DNA of 63,099 nt, counting the filler, from a bacterium (GTDB lineage Bacteria > UBP18 > UBA7526): assembly GCA_030615855.1 (NCBI GenBank). It is 6 parts of 6 records of this genome, joined end to end, with 100 filler letters (N's around TTAATTAATTAA, not from the genome) between each part and the next. Parts side by side here need not be neighbours in the genome. Positions count along the whole stretch, not along the records: positions 9,895 to 15,662 come from JAUWYL010000038.1; positions 15,763 to 43,558 come from JAUWYL010000018.1; 4 more parts are not named here. The stretch is one strand, 5' to 3'. Shown here piece by piece: positions 10,088 to 21,049 of this stretch. Below the pieces are notes generated by a model, which was given only the letters and a program-made list of their open reading frames with translations, did no database searches and was not told the DNA's origin. The translations under genes and the position numbers were made by a program. The first letter of the stretch is position 1; each line of letters starts with the position of its first letter.

Positions 10088-10174
10088 GTATTTATCGCTT
10101 AAACATTAAAGTTCAGTTTAACAGTCTGACGGTCTGACAGTCCCACTTTCTCACTTTCCCACCTGCTCACTTTC

Positions 10175-11644
10175 TTACTTTGGGTACTTCTTCAACAATC
10201 CCGTCTTCTCGTTGAATTCCTTTATGAGTTTATCCCACTCTTTCCAGGAGTTGAACTTCTCCTTCCAGTAGTTATCGTCATACCACTGGCGGTCTAATTC
10301 CTCCACATCCTTGCCCTGTTGTTCTATCCAGGTAAAGTACTTCAGGTTATGCATCCTTCTCTTGTCCCAGTAGGAGAGTTCCAGCATCCAGTCTGTACTG
10401 ATACCCATCAGACAGCGATCAAAATCGGCCGCTGCATCACACTCGGCATACTTCCCTCTTTCCTCTCTCAATTCCTGATACCTGGACTGGTAAAGCTCCA
10501 TGGAGTCTGTGGCGATGGTGAAGACGATATCCTTCTCGTTCATCTCGTAATACTTGGCCATCTTGATGGAGCCGATGATATTGGCAACAGACGAGATACC
10601 AAGGAGATCGAGCCTATCCACAATCTCCGGGTCAACCCCCTTCTTCTTCAAATACTTTCTTCCCTTTGGCTCGTTAAAGAGTCTTAAAATTCTCATACAT
10701 TGTTCATCATCGATGTCCGCCACCATATCCATATTCTTTACATTATGTATCCAGGGAACGTGCTTATCACCAATCCCTTCGATTCTGTGGCCTCCATATC
10801 CTGTAAATAAGAGTGTAGGACACTGCAGGGCTTCTCCAGCACAGACCTTTATGGTGGGAAACTTCTCCCGTAAGTAATCGGCACAGCCCAAGGTTCCTGC
10901 TGAACCCTGAGTTAAGAAAATAGCCTTAAGCATTTGATCCTTTTCCTTCTCCTTTTCATAGACCTCTTCTATGGCCTGGCCGGTAACCACATAGTGCCAG
11001 AGGGGATTCCCTATCTCATCGAATTGATTTAAGACTACCACTTCATCCGGTCTGGCATTCTTCAGTTCAGCGGTCTTATCATAGACTTCTTTTACATTCG
11101 ATTCTACTCCCGGAGTAGCATAGATTTCGGAACCCACTTTTTTCAGCCACTCAAACCTCTCTTTAGACATCCCCTCCGGTAATACGGCAATAGAAGGACA
11201 ATTAAGGAGATAAGCATTGTAGGCTCCACCCCGGCAATAGTTTCCAGTCGAAGGCCATAATGCCTTCTGAGTAGTAGGATCGAACTCCCCTTTAACCAGA
11301 CGAGATACTAAGGGCCCGAAGGTCGCTCCCACTTTATGGGAACCAGTAGGAAACCATTTACCAATAATGATAAATATCCTGGCCTTTATTCCAGTTATTT
11401 CTTTAGGGAGTTCCATATAGTTTACCCCATCGAATCCACCACCGGATTTCACCGGTTCATTCTTCCAGGTAATTCTGAACATATTCCTGGAATGTAAATC
11501 CCAGAGACCGATATTCTTCAATTCATCCTTAATGTCCTGGGGAACCTGCTCCGGATGCCTCATCTCCTCATAGGTGGGAAGAATGATATCCCTCTCCCGA
11601 CACCTCTTGATAGTGTTCTCCAAAACCTTCTTTTTATCTTTCAT
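10175..11644 (-). CDS. PLP-dependent fold-type II enzyme (cysteine synthase/ammonia-lyase-like)
   Basis: FPTGSHKVGA (PLP lysine), WPSTGNYCRGG, GSAGT, HRIEGIGDKH; AAGGAGG RBS. Confidence 0.75.
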   Translation of the reverse strand: MKDKKKVLENTIKRCRERDIILPTYEEMRHPEQVPQDIKDELKNIGLWDLHSRNMFRITWKNEPVKSGGGFDGVNYMELPKEITGIKARIFIIIGKWFPTGSHKVGATFGPLVSRLVKGEFDPTTQKALWPSTGNYCRGGAYNAYLLNCPSIAVLPEGMSKERFEWLKKVGSEIYATPGVESNVKEVYDKTAELKNARPDEVVVLNQFDEIGNPLWHYVVTGQAIEEVYEKEKEKDQMLKAIFLTQGSAGTLGCADYLREKFPTIKVCAGEALQCPTLLFTGYGGHRIEGIGDKHVPWIHNVKNMDMVADIDDEQCMRILRLFNEPKGRKYLKKKGVDPEIVDRLDLLGISSVANIIGSIKMAKYYEMNEKDIVFTIATDSMELYQSRYQELREERGKYAECDAAADFDRCLMGISTDWMLELSYWDKRRMHNLKYFTWIEQQGKDVEELDRQWYDDNYWKEKFNSWKEWDKLIKEFNEKTGLLKKYPK

Positions 11645-11775
11645 CTCTCCCTCCTTGAGACACAGATTAACACAGATTGATTACGGATTCACACAGATCA
11701 CAGATAATTGCAGATTTAAAATTGCGATAGTTGAATTGTCATTCGCTCATTCGTGCGAATGTTTCTAGTATCTAT

Positions 11776-13152
11776 TTACTTATTAAATCTCTCCCAGAGT
11801 TTTTGGGCTAATTCTTGGGATTTGGCAGTTATCTTCTCTTCATCAATACCGACCAATCTCTTATTCTCCATCAAGACTTTGCCATTGACGATGGTGGTAT
11901 CTACTGTAGCATCAACCAGGCCAAAAATCAAGTGGCCCAGGAAGTTATTTTCATTCAAAGGCGTAGGCGGTAAATAATCGATGAGTATCACATCGGCCAA
12001 AGAGCCAGCCGAAATCTCTCCTAATTTCCCAAAGGGTGTTACTTGACTGACAATCTTTGGATTATTCTCCAATAGCATCCTTGGGGCTTCCATAAAGGCC
12101 ACCCGAGGGTCTTTCTTTTCATTCCGAGCGATGAGATAGGCGCACCTCATCTGGGAAAGCATATCGGAAGACATTCCATCCGTTCCCAGACCAACCATAA
12201 CTCCTTTCTCGAGCATCTTCAGAACATCGGCCCAGCCCACGGCATTATTCATATTGGACTCTGGATTATGAACTAAGTTGGTCTTAGTCTCTTTTAAGAT
12301 GTCCATCTCTCTCTCATCGAGATGAACACCGTGAACCAGGATGCTCTTCGGTCCAAGCACCCCTTTATCCTTAAAGCGTTCCACCACCCGTTTCCCATAC
12401 TTCTTCACACTATCCTCTTCATCTGCTTTGTCTTCTGCGCAGTGAATATGGATTCCCACATCATACTTCTTGGCTAATCCCACTGCCTTTTCTAAGGTAT
12501 CATCGTTGACGGTAAAAGAAGCATGTAGTCCAACCATGGCAGAAACCAAGTTATTGGTAGTTCGGAGTTCGGAGTTCGGAGTTCGGAGTTTTTTGAGAAA
12601 ACGCTCGCTCTCTTCCAATCCTTCCTTGCCCTTATCATACCTATCCGATATCCCAAGACATAAACAGGAACGAATGCCAATCTCTCCTGCTGCCTTTTCC
12701 AACTCATCCAGGCTCCCTACTTGATAGGTCTGGCTCTCATGATGATCAATGATAGTGGTGGTTCCATTCCTCACACACTCTATTAAAGGAATTAAAGCAC
12801 TATAGTAAATATCTTCCTTATTTAAGGTCTTATCCAATGGCCACCAGAGTTTCTCTAATATCTCAACGAAGTTCTTGGCTGGCTCACCTGGAATGGCCAT
12901 CCCCCGGGCAAGGGTAGAATAGAGATGGTGATGAGTATTAATCAATCCCGGCATTATCACCTTCCCTCTGGCGTCAATAGATTGATAGTTCGGAGTTCGG
13001 AGTTCGGAGTTCGGAGTATACTTCTTCTTTAACTCGGAAGTAGGACCTACATCTTTGATTACACTATTTTCAATGTAAACTGCTCCATTTTCGATAATTC
13101 TGTTCTCTTTCCCCAAGGTAACTACTGTTCCCTTCTCAATCAGAATACCCAT
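11776..13152 (-). CDS. ssnA: aminohydrolase SsnA (two in-frame repeat insertions)
   Basis: PGLINTHHHLYSTLARG, GLHASFT, HIHCAE, HNPESNMNNAVG, GLGTDG. Confidence 0.85.
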   Translation of the reverse strand: MGILIEKGTVVTLGKENRIIENGAVYIENSVIKDVGPTSELKKKYTPNSELRTPNYQSIDARGKVIMPGLINTHHHLYSTLARGMAIPGEPAKNFVEILEKLWWPLDKTLNKEDIYYSALIPLIECVRNGTTTIIDHHESQTYQVGSLDELEKAAGEIGIRSCLCLGISDRYDKGKEGLEESERFLKKLRTPNSELRTTNNLVSAMVGLHASFTVNDDTLEKAVGLAKKYDVGIHIHCAEDKADEEDSVKKYGKRVVERFKDKGVLGPKSILVHGVHLDEREMDILKETKTNLVHNPESNMNNAVGWADVLKMLEKGVMVGLGTDGMSSDMLSQMRCAYLIARNEKKDPRVAFMEAPRMLLENNPKIVSQVTPFGKLGEISAGSLADVILIDYLPPTPLNENNFLGHLIFGLVDATVDTTIVNGKVLMENKRLVGIDEEKITAKSQELAQKLWERFNK

Positions 13153-13153
13153 C

Positions 13154-13924
13154 TTAACCTCCAATGAATTCTTTTGCTTTGTCGGAGAGGATTCTTCTTC
13201 GGCACTTGGGACAGATCTCGAGTGCCTCTTCCGGTAACTCTATCTCTTCAAAGGATTTTATCTTATCTTTAAGGTGCTCCAATTCTACTAAAGGAATGAA
13301 GTATTTTCCACAAACCTTACACTTTTTTAGTTCCAGTTTAGTATTCCAGAAGTCCAGTTTTCGATATTTTATAATGTCCTCAATCTTAATCACCCCTGTG
13401 GGACAGAGATAGGCACAGGCACCACAACCGATGCACTCTGAAGATTCTATTTTGAAGGGGGTAGTTACCTCCCTATCTGCTCCTCGGTTAATAAAACTGA
13501 TGGCGCTCTTGCCAATCATTTCCTCGCAGACCCGGACACAGAGACCACACAGGATGCACTCTTCTTCCTCTTCTTTAAATCTTGTTTTCTTTACTCCTAA
13601 CTTTGAGGCGAGTTCTCTTATCTTCTCTGAAGTAGGACAACGGGCCAACAAAAGTTCGATGCTCAGGCACCGGGCTCTCTTTACCCTTTCAGTATTTGTT
13701 TTTGCTATCAACCCTTCTTCAGCGGGATAGGTGCAAGAGGCGACCAATCCGGGCCGGGAACCCTTAATGACTTCTACCAGACAGACCCGACAGGCACCGT
13801 AGGGCTTGAGGGCTTGGTGGTGGCAGAGGGTAGGAATCTCAACACCCAACTTCTGAGCGGCCCCCAAAAGGGTAACCCCCTCCTCAACCCCTATTTTTTT
13901 ATTGTCAATAGTCAGTTTTATCAT
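13154..13924 (-). CDS. [2Fe-2S]/[4Fe-4S] protein, NuoG/HydA N-terminal-like, without catalytic domain
   Basis: IPTLCHH..GACRVCLVE..ASC, CILCGLCVRVC, CIGCGACAYLCP, C-terminal CKVC/CPKC. Confidence 0.8.
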   Translation of the reverse strand: MIKLTIDNKKIGVEEGVTLLGAAQKLGVEIPTLCHHQALKPYGACRVCLVEVIKGSRPGLVASCTYPAEEGLIAKTNTERVKRARCLSIELLLARCPTSEKIRELASKLGVKKTRFKEEEEECILCGLCVRVCEEMIGKSAISFINRGADREVTTPFKIESSECIGCGACAYLCPTGVIKIEDIIKYRKLDFWNTKLELKKCKVCGKYFIPLVELEHLKDKIKSFEEIELPEEALEICPKCRRRILSDKAKEFIGG

Positions 13925-14182
13925 CTAATACCTACTACTGGGAATAGAATATCAAGTCCGGTAAAATACTAATATCGAAATACTAAACAGATTAAAGCAT
14001 ATCAGGGTACCAGCAAATCAGTGGGTAGATTATCAGAGTACCAGAGTATCAGGTTTTAATAGCTTTTTCCTGATATCCTGATGTACTGATATCCTTCCTA
14101 CTGATATTCTGATTCACTTATTTGTTTTTGTTCTTGGTCATTTGTGCTTTGGATTTGTTTCGGATTTCGTGCTTCGGATTTC

Positions 14183-15661
14183 TTATTCTACCTTTATCGC
14201 TCCAAACTTACAGGCATCCGAGCAGGCGCCACACTTGATACATTTCTTCTGGTCGATTCTCTGGGGCTCTTTTTTCTTTCCACTTATTGCTTTCGTAGGA
14301 CAGATTTTATTACAGAGCTGGCAACCAATGCAGTTTTCCTTAATGACTGAGTAGCGAATCAGGTCCTGGCAGACCCCGGCCGGGCATCTCTTATCTCTAA
14401 TATGAGCTAAATACTCATTTCGAAAGTATCTTAAAGTGGTAAGAACCGGGTTGGGTGCCGTCTGGCCTAAGCCACAGAGGGAGGAGTCTTTTACTATTTC
14501 TGCTAACTCTTTTAAGAGTTCCAGGTCGGATTCCTTTCCCTTCCCCTTAGTAATATCATCTAAGATTTCATACATCCTCTTAATTCCTTCCCGGCAGGGA
14601 GTGCACTTCCCGCAGGATTCATCCCGGGTAAAGGATAGAAAATACTTGGCCACATTGACCATGCAGGTATCCTCATCCATGACCACCATTCCGCCAGAAC
14701 CCATCATTGAGCCTGCCTCAGTCAACTTCTCATAGTCAACGGGAAGGTCAATCAAACTTGCCGGAATGCATCCTCCAGAAGGGCCACCGGTCTGGATGGC
14801 CTTGAACCTCTTCCCATCAGGGATACCGCCCCCGATCTCATAGACCATCTTTCTTAGACTGATACCCATAGGCACTTCGACTAATCCAGTATTATTAATC
14901 TTTCCTACTAAAGAAAAGATCATGGTTCCCTTACTTGTCTTGGTCCCTATCCTTGAATACCATTTGGCACCCTTATTGATGATCAGGGAAACATTGGCCC
15001 AGGTCTTGACATTATTTATATTGGTAGGCTTTTCCCACAGGCCGCTCTCCGCCGGGAAAGGAGGACGAGGTTGGGGTTCCCCAATTTTTCCCTCAATGGA
15101 GGCCATTAAAGCACTCTCCTCACCACAGACAAAGGCCCCGGCTCCTCTATTTATCTTAATCTTGAAGCTAAAATTAGTGCCCAGGATGTTCTTGCCCAAT
15201 AATCCCCATTCTTGAGCCTGTCTCAGGGCAATGGTAAGATGCTTTATTGCTAAAGGGTATTCATTACGCACATAGATATACCCCTCATCGGCTCCAATGG
15301 CATAGGCCCCGATAATCATCCCTTCTAAGACAGAGTGGGGATTTCCCTCCAAGAGACTGCGGTCCATGAAGGCGCCCGGGTCTCCCTCGTCTGCATTACA
15401 GATGATATACTTTGGTCTTTCTTTCTGTGCCCGGCAGAGCTTCCATTTCACTCCGGTAGGAAATCCGGCACCCCCTCTACCTCTTAGGCCGGATTTCTTT
15501 ACTTCGCTAATTACTTGTTGGGGGCTCATTTTATAGAGTACTTTAGCGAGAGCAGTATAGCCATCCAGGGCGATGTAATAACTTATCTTGGTAGGATCGA
15601 TCCTTCCATTATTCCCGAAGATGAGGCGCTTCTGCTTCTTGTAGAAGGGGATGTCGTCTTC
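14183..15661 (-). CDS. NuoF/HydB-like NADH-binding flavoprotein with C-terminal 2x[4Fe-4S]; 5'-partial
   Basis: [45 protein letters not shown]; frame stays open (IPFYKKQ...IDP) to the contig edge. Confidence 0.9.
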   Translation of the reverse strand, partial: EDDIPFYKKQKRLIFGNNGRIDPTKISYYIALDGYTALAKVLYKMSPQQVISEVKKSGLRGRGGAGFPTGVKWKLCRAQKERPKYIICNADEGDPGAFMDRSLLEGNPHSVLEGMIIGAYAIGADEGYIYVRNEYPLAIKHLTIALRQAQEWGLLGKNILGTNFSFKIKINRGAGAFVCGEESALMASIEGKIGEPQPRPPFPAESGLWEKPTNINNVKTWANVSLIINKGAKWYSRIGTKTSKGTMIFSLVGKINNTGLVEVPMGISLRKMVYEIGGGIPDGKRFKAIQTGGPSGGCIPASLIDLPVDYEKLTEAGSMMGSGGMVVMDEDTCMVNVAKYFLSFTRDESCGKCTPCREGIKRMYEILDDITKGKGKESDLELLKELAEIVKDSSLCGLGQTAPNPVLTTLRYFRNEYLAHIRDKRCPAGVCQDLIRYSVIKENCIGCQLCNKICPTKAISGKKKEPQRIDQKKCIKCGACSDACKFGAIKVE

Positions 15662-15662
15662 G

Positions 15663-15762
15663 NNNNNNNNNNNNNNNNNNNNNNNNNNNNNNNNNNNNNN
15701 NNNNNNTTAATTAATTAANNNNNNNNNNNNNNNNNNNNNNNNNNNNNNNNNNNNNNNNNNNN
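15663..15762. other. artificial scaffold linker
   Basis: N-run + TTAATTAATTAA + N-run. Confidence 0.98.
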
Positions 15763-15793
15763 ATGTCAAATATTTTTTCAATTTTGAGGCCAA

Positions 15794-16717
15794 TTAGTCC
15801 TCAGAAGGCTCGTAAGGGATCCCATCTGCTGCTGGAGGAACCGCTCTTCCAATGGCACTTGCCAAAACAACCAAGGTTAATAGGTAGGGAATCATCTGGA
15901 CGAACTGGGTAGGAATCTTCACTCCTGCACTCTGGAGCTGAATCTGTAAGGCCTCGGCAAAGCCGAATAGAAGGGCGGCTCCCGTTGCCCCCAGGGGAGT
16001 CCACTTGCCAAAGATCATGGCTGCTAAGGCGATGAATCCCCTCCCTCCACTCATCCCGTCTGTAAAACAGTGCTGATCTAATGATAGCCACCCTCCGCCC
16101 AACCCAGCTAAAGCACCCGAGATCAGAACCCCGGAGTAGCGCATTAAATTTACCTTTACTCCTAAGGTATCCGAGGCTTGGGGATGTTCTCCACAGGAGC
16201 GAAGCCTCAGACCAAAGGGTGTCTTAAAAATTAGGATATGGGAAAGGATGATAATGCCTAGGGTCAAGAGAATGAGGGGGGTGGAGAAGATAGTATTAAT
16301 TACAGGAATTCTATCGATTATAGGAATTTTCCAAAGAGGTAACCCCGCCACCCTCTCCGAGTTAGAAGAGGAATGGAATACTATCTTTAAGATAAACTTG
16401 GTAATGCCGACTGCAAATAGATTGATGGCTACCCCGCTTATTATCTGATTTGCCTTATATCTTATGCTAACTACCGCATGGATGAGGGCGGTCAAGGCTC
16501 CACCGATGACCGCAGCAATTACTCCTGCCCAAGCATTCCCTGTATACCAGGTGGCCAGGACAGCGCAGAAGGCGCCATTTAAGATCATGCCCTCCAGACC
16601 GATATTAATTACTCCCCCCCTTTCAGAGAAGGTGCCCCCAATGGATGCCAAGATATAGGGAATGGAGATCCTTATCGTCTGGGTAACCATGACTAGGCTA
16701 AAAATGGTCTGCCACAT
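15794..16717 (-). CDS. nucleoside ABC transporter permease (NupQ/YufQ-like)
   Basis: SERGGVINIGLEG, TPFGLRLRSCGEHP, GRGFIALAAMIFGKW. Confidence 0.85.
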   Translation of the reverse strand: MWQTIFSLVMVTQTIRISIPYILASIGGTFSERGGVINIGLEGMILNGAFCAVLATWYTGNAWAGVIAAVIGGALTALIHAVVSIRYKANQIISGVAINLFAVGITKFILKIVFHSSSNSERVAGLPLWKIPIIDRIPVINTIFSTPLILLTLGIIILSHILIFKTPFGLRLRSCGEHPQASDTLGVKVNLMRYSGVLISGALAGLGGGWLSLDQHCFTDGMSGGRGFIALAAMIFGKWTPLGATGAALLFGFAEALQIQLQSAGVKIPTQFVQMIPYLLTLVVLASAIGRAVPPAADGIPYEPSED

Positions 16718-16924
16718 TCTCTACTCCATTTATAGGATACGTCTATCGGTTGCGGTTGCGTAACTCGTCACGGCTATCGTTGAGTAAAATCAAAAATGAA
16801 AAATGAAAATGGAAAATTACAATGCAAAATGTAAAATTACAAATCAAAACTCATTAATTTTGATATTTGATCTTTAATATTTAATTTTTCAGCGCAACCC
16901 TTCAACGTATAACGAAGAACGAGT

Positions 16925-18007
16925 TTATTCTTTGCTCGTCCCTGCTATTCCTTGTGCCAAGGTTTTTTTCTTCAACTTCATTATATAATCCCGGAAGGGC
17001 TTGCTGGAAGCGATAACGAAGATGATGACAATGGCCTGTAATATCTCGACCAGTTCCTTGGGAACATAGGCATTGATTATCAATCCTCCGAAACTCAATA
17101 AGCCAAACAAGAGAGCAGCCAGAATCACTCCTATGGGAGTATTCCTTCCTAAGAGGGCCACAGCAATCCCCATGAATCCCACTCCTCCGGCAAAGCCTTG
17201 CTCAAAGTAGTACTTATAGCCCATAACATAATTTACCCCTACTAAGCCCGCTAAAGCACCAGAGATGGCCATGGTGAGGATTACGCTTTTGGGAATATTT
17301 ATTCCTCCATACTCACTAGCAGAAGGGCTCAAGCCCACGGCCCTCAATTCATACCCTAAGGAGGTCTTCCAGAGAATATAGTAGACAATGAAACAGGCCA
17401 AAAGAGCCAGAAAGAAACTATAATTTAAAGGAGAGCCAGAGAATTTGGGAAAGATGGTGGAAAGGCGTGGTATCCTAGCAACAAGGGCTATTGATTGGGT
17501 ATGAACCGTCTCTGGCATATGGAAGTAACGAACAATGAGATAATTGGTTAGCGCCAAGGCAATGAAGTTCATCATGATGGTGGTAATTACTTCATGGGCC
17601 CCTCTCTTTGCTTTGAGTATTCCCGGAATTCCCGCCCAGAGAGCACCACCCACCATCCCTCCTAAAATACATAATGGGATAAGGAGAAAACCAGGAAGGC
17701 CAACTAAGGTAAAGCCGAGATAGGCGGCCAGGAAGGAACCGATGTAGAGCTGTCCCTCACAACCAATATTGAATAGTCCCGCCCGAAAGGCAAAGGCCAC
17801 CGCCAGGCCAGTGAAGATTAAGGGAGTGGCCTTGAATAATACCTGGGCAATACCATAAGGATTACCCAGGGTGCCAGAGAATAGTTTCCCATAGATGAAG
17901 ATTGGATTCTGGCCGATAATCAGGATGAATATTCCTCCTACCAAAAAGGCAGCGATTACTGCCAGAAGGGGAGTGAAAATCTCCAGTAATTTCTCTCTTT
18001 TAATCAC
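16925..18007 (-). CDS. nucleoside ABC transporter permease (NupP/YufP-like)
   Basis: AGLFNIGCEGQ, HEVITTIMMN, GYELRAVG. Confidence 0.85.
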   Translation of the reverse strand: MIKREKLLEIFTPLLAVIAAFLVGGIFILIIGQNPIFIYGKLFSGTLGNPYGIAQVLFKATPLIFTGLAVAFAFRAGLFNIGCEGQLYIGSFLAAYLGFTLVGLPGFLLIPLCILGGMVGGALWAGIPGILKAKRGAHEVITTIMMNFIALALTNYLIVRYFHMPETVHTQSIALVARIPRLSTIFPKFSGSPLNYSFFLALLACFIVYYILWKTSLGYELRAVGLSPSASEYGGINIPKSVILTMAISGALAGLVGVNYVMGYKYYFEQGFAGGVGFMGIAVALLGRNTPIGVILAALLFGLLSFGGLIINAYVPKELVEILQAIVIIFVIASSKPFRDYIMKLKKKTLAQGIAGTSKE

Positions 18008-18438
18008 TTACTCACCCTTCTCTTTAGGTTCTCTACCATTTCATTCAGGGCATCGGCCAAGGGCATAAGATCATCCCCCTTCCTCAACGTTATCCTTTCT
18101 TCAAAGTTACCCTCACTAACTTTCTTGATATAGTTCTGAATTCTACCCAGTGGACCAAATATCTTATTGGAGGTTATGAGACTGGCAATGGTCACCAGTA
18201 TCAGCCAGAGAGCCAGGATACACCCGGCAACGATATTCGCTTCCCGATAAGTATCCCACATAGCGGGATTCTCTCCAATAATAACCTTATTGGCTATTGA
18301 CCAGTAGAGAGCGTACATCCCTCCCGTCAATAACGCAGCCAATAGACTGCAGACAACAGCCACTAGGATGTACTTTGACTGGAGTCTTTTCTGGACAAAG
18401 AAGTATTGCCTTTGTTCCCCTCTCAATCGAAATTTCAT
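18004..18438 (-). CDS. small two-TM protein ending in a HAMP domain
   Basis: Two TM helices then GPLGRI...VSEGNF..RITLRKGDDL..LADALNEMV. Confidence 0.75.
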   Translation of the reverse strand: MKFRLRGEQRQYFFVQKRLQSKYILVAVVCSLLAALLTGGMYALYWSIANKVIIGENPAMWDTYREANIVAGCILALWLILVTIASLITSNKIFGPLGRIQNYIKKVSEGNFEERITLRKGDDLMPLADALNEMVENLKRRVSK

Positions 18439-18490
18439 CTTACACCTCTCTTCATTTAATTAACATTTAACATTTAATAATGAACAATTA

Positions 18491-20026
18491 TTACTTGCTA
18501 CTTGCTACTTGCTGAGTGGCTCCGGTCATCATGAGTCCTATCTCTTCCTCTTTTGTCTTCTTGGGGTCTACCTCTCCCACAATTCTTCCCTCATACATCA
18601 CTAAGATACGATCGGATAGGGACATAACCTCTGAGAGTTCAGCAGAGACCAAGAGAACCGCCTTCCCCCTCTCCCTCTCCTCTAAGATCTTCTTGTGAAT
18701 AAACTCTATAGCACCGATATCCACCCCTCGCGTAGGCTGGGAAGCAATCAAGAGCCAGGGATGGCGGGATAATTCCCGGGCAACGATCACCTTCTGCTGA
18801 TTCCCTCCAGATAGGGAACTTACCAAAAGCTCCTTATTCGCTGGTCGGATATCAAACCTCTTTATTAGATTCCGAGCATTCTCAGAGATTCTCTTGAAAT
18901 TAAGTCTCAATAACCTCTTCCTCACTGGTGGTTTATAGTGATGTCCCAGGATGAGGTTATCCTCCACAGAATACTCCAGAATCAATCCTCTCTTATGTCT
19001 ATCCTCAGGGATATGAGCCACCCCGGATTCAAAGATCATTCGCGGACTGGCATTGGTTACCTCTTTCCCTCCTAAGACTATCCTCCCCTTTTTCACTTTC
19101 CTTAAACCAGTTAAGACCTCAACCAGTTCTGTCTGACCATTACCTTCTACGCCTGCAATCCCCAATATCTCGCCGGCTCTTATCTCAAAGGAGACTCCTT
19201 TTAGGGTAGGAAGACCGCGATCGCTTAATGCCTCTAGGTCCTTTGCTCTTAGGACAACCTCTCCTATCTGGGAAGGACCCTTCTCTACTTTTAAAAGTAC
19301 CTCTCTTCCTACCATGAAACGTGCTAGTTCTTCCTCTGTAGTCTCCTCGGTCTTCACTACCCCCACCACCCTTCCATCCCTCATTACTGTAACCCAATCG
19401 CTTATCTCCCTAACTTCCTTTAATTTATGGGTGATGAAGATGATGGTCTTCCCCTCTCTCTTTAAAGAGTGCATAATGGTGAATAGTTCCTCAACCTCCT
19501 GGGGGGTTAAGACCGCAGTTGGCTCATCCATGATGAGGATTTCTGCTCCCCGATACAAGACCTTTATGATCTCCACCCTTTGCTGTAATCCTACAGATAG
19601 ATCCTGAATCTTTGCTTCGGGATCAATGATCAGACCATACCTTTTAGAGAGTCCCCTGATATCCTGAGTGGCTTTTTTTCTATCATTAAAAATCTTTCCT
19701 CTTTTAGGCTCCCTTCCCAGAATAACATTCTCTGCCACAGTGAAGGGAGGGATGAGCATGAAGTGCTGATGAACCATCCCAATCCCCTGTTCAATGGCCA
19801 CACTGGGAGAAGAGAGATCAATCTCTTTCCCCCTAATAAGGATCTGGCCCCCATCCTTCTGATAGAGCCCATAGAGTATCTTCATAAGAGTTGACTTCCC
19901 AGCGCCATTCTCTCCCACTAAGGCATGGATCTCTCCAGAATGGACCCTAAAGTTTACGTCGTCATTGGCCACCACTCTAGGAAAGCGCTTAGTGATGTGG
20001 CGCATCTCAACCACTCTTTCAGTCAT
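18491..20026 (-). CDS. nucleoside ABC transporter ATPase (two NBDs)
   Basis: [35 protein letters not shown]. Confidence 0.9.
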   Translation of the reverse strand: MTERVVEMRHITKRFPRVVANDDVNFRVHSGEIHALVGENGAGKSTLMKILYGLYQKDGGQILIRGKEIDLSSPSVAIEQGIGMVHQHFMLIPPFTVAENVILGREPKRGKIFNDRKKATQDIRGLSKRYGLIIDPEAKIQDLSVGLQQRVEIIKVLYRGAEILIMDEPTAVLTPQEVEELFTIMHSLKREGKTIIFITHKLKEVREISDWVTVMRDGRVVGVVKTEETTEEELARFMVGREVLLKVEKGPSQIGEVVLRAKDLEALSDRGLPTLKGVSFEIRAGEILGIAGVEGNGQTELVEVLTGLRKVKKGRIVLGGKEVTNASPRMIFESGVAHIPEDRHKRGLILEYSVEDNLILGHHYKPPVRKRLLRLNFKRISENARNLIKRFDIRPANKELLVSSLSGGNQQKVIVARELSRHPWLLIASQPTRGVDIGAIEFIHKKILEERERGKAVLLVSAELSEVMSLSDRILVMYEGRIVGEVDPKKTKEEEIGLMMTGATQQVASSK

Positions 20027-20038
20027 TACTTACTCCTT

Positions 20039-21049
20039 TTATTCTCTGGGAACCTCTATCTCTCCCGCAATGATCTGGGCTTTGAGTTCTTCCACTTTCT
20101 TTCTTACTTCATCCGGAATGAGGTCTCTGTTATTCTCATCATAGACATAGCCCACCCCATCCTCTTTCAATCCAAAAATATGAACCCCTCCCTTAAACTG
20201 GCCAGCGATGGTGTCCTTTATGGTATTATAGACTGAATTATTCACCCTCTTGACCATACTGGTCAGGATATATCCCGGGGCCTCATGGTACTGATCGGAG
20301 TCGACTCCAATGGCAAGAACCTTCTTCTCCCTTGCAGCCTCAAAGACTCCCAGGCCAGTGGAGCCCGAGGCATGATAGACGATATCCACTCCCTGTCCAT
20401 ACTGAGATAGAGCGATCTCTTTTCCCTTGGCTGGATTCTTGAAGGCCTCTCCCGTCACTCCGGCATAACCCACCAGGATAGTAGCCTTGGGATTCGCCCT
20501 CCTCACTCCCGCCTTATAGCCCGATTCAAACCTATGGATTAAGGGGATGTCCATCCCACCCACAAAGCCCAGCTTATTCGTCTTGGTCAATAGCCCTGCC
20601 AGAGCTCCTACCAGATAGGAGCCCTCCTCCTCCCTGAATTTCAAAGCAGCTAAGTTAGAGGGGATCTCCCTTCCTGGCTGAACAGTGTAGTCAACACAGG
20701 CGAACTTCTTCTCTGGGAACTCTCTTGCGATGTGAGTGATGTCATCGGAGAACATAAAGCCAATGCCGAATATCAGATCGAAGTTCTGGTAGGCGAGCAT
20801 CCTCAATCCCGATTCCCTATCTGAGCCCTCTCCGGGCTCGATATATTCGTAGTATATTCCCAAATCTTCTTTCGCTTTCTCCAATCCTCGGTAGGCTGAG
20901 TCGTTGAAACTCTTATCTCCCCTTCCTCCTACATCGAAGACCAGTCCCACCCTTAAGGTAGCCTCCACCTCTTCCTCCTTCCTGGCGCAACCTAAGATCA
21001 AGGCAATTGTCAGAAGAAGGACCAAACCGATTGGAAATGTTTTTCTCAT
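20039..21049 (-). CDS. BMP-family nucleoside-binding lipoprotein
   Basis: Lipobox ILGC; GGRGDKSFNDSA, AIGVDSDQ, TSMVKRV. Confidence 0.9.
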   Translation of the reverse strand: MRKTFPIGLVLLLTIALILGCARKEEEVEATLRVGLVFDVGGRGDKSFNDSAYRGLEKAKEDLGIYYEYIEPGEGSDRESGLRMLAYQNFDLIFGIGFMFSDDITHIAREFPEKKFACVDYTVQPGREIPSNLAALKFREEEGSYLVGALAGLLTKTNKLGFVGGMDIPLIHRFESGYKAGVRRANPKATILVGYAGVTGEAFKNPAKGKEIALSQYGQGVDIVYHASGSTGLGVFEAAREKKVLAIGVDSDQYHEAPGYILTSMVKRVNNSVYNTIKDTIAGQFKGGVHIFGLKEDGVGYVYDENNRDLIPDEVRKKVEELKAQIIAGEIEVPRE

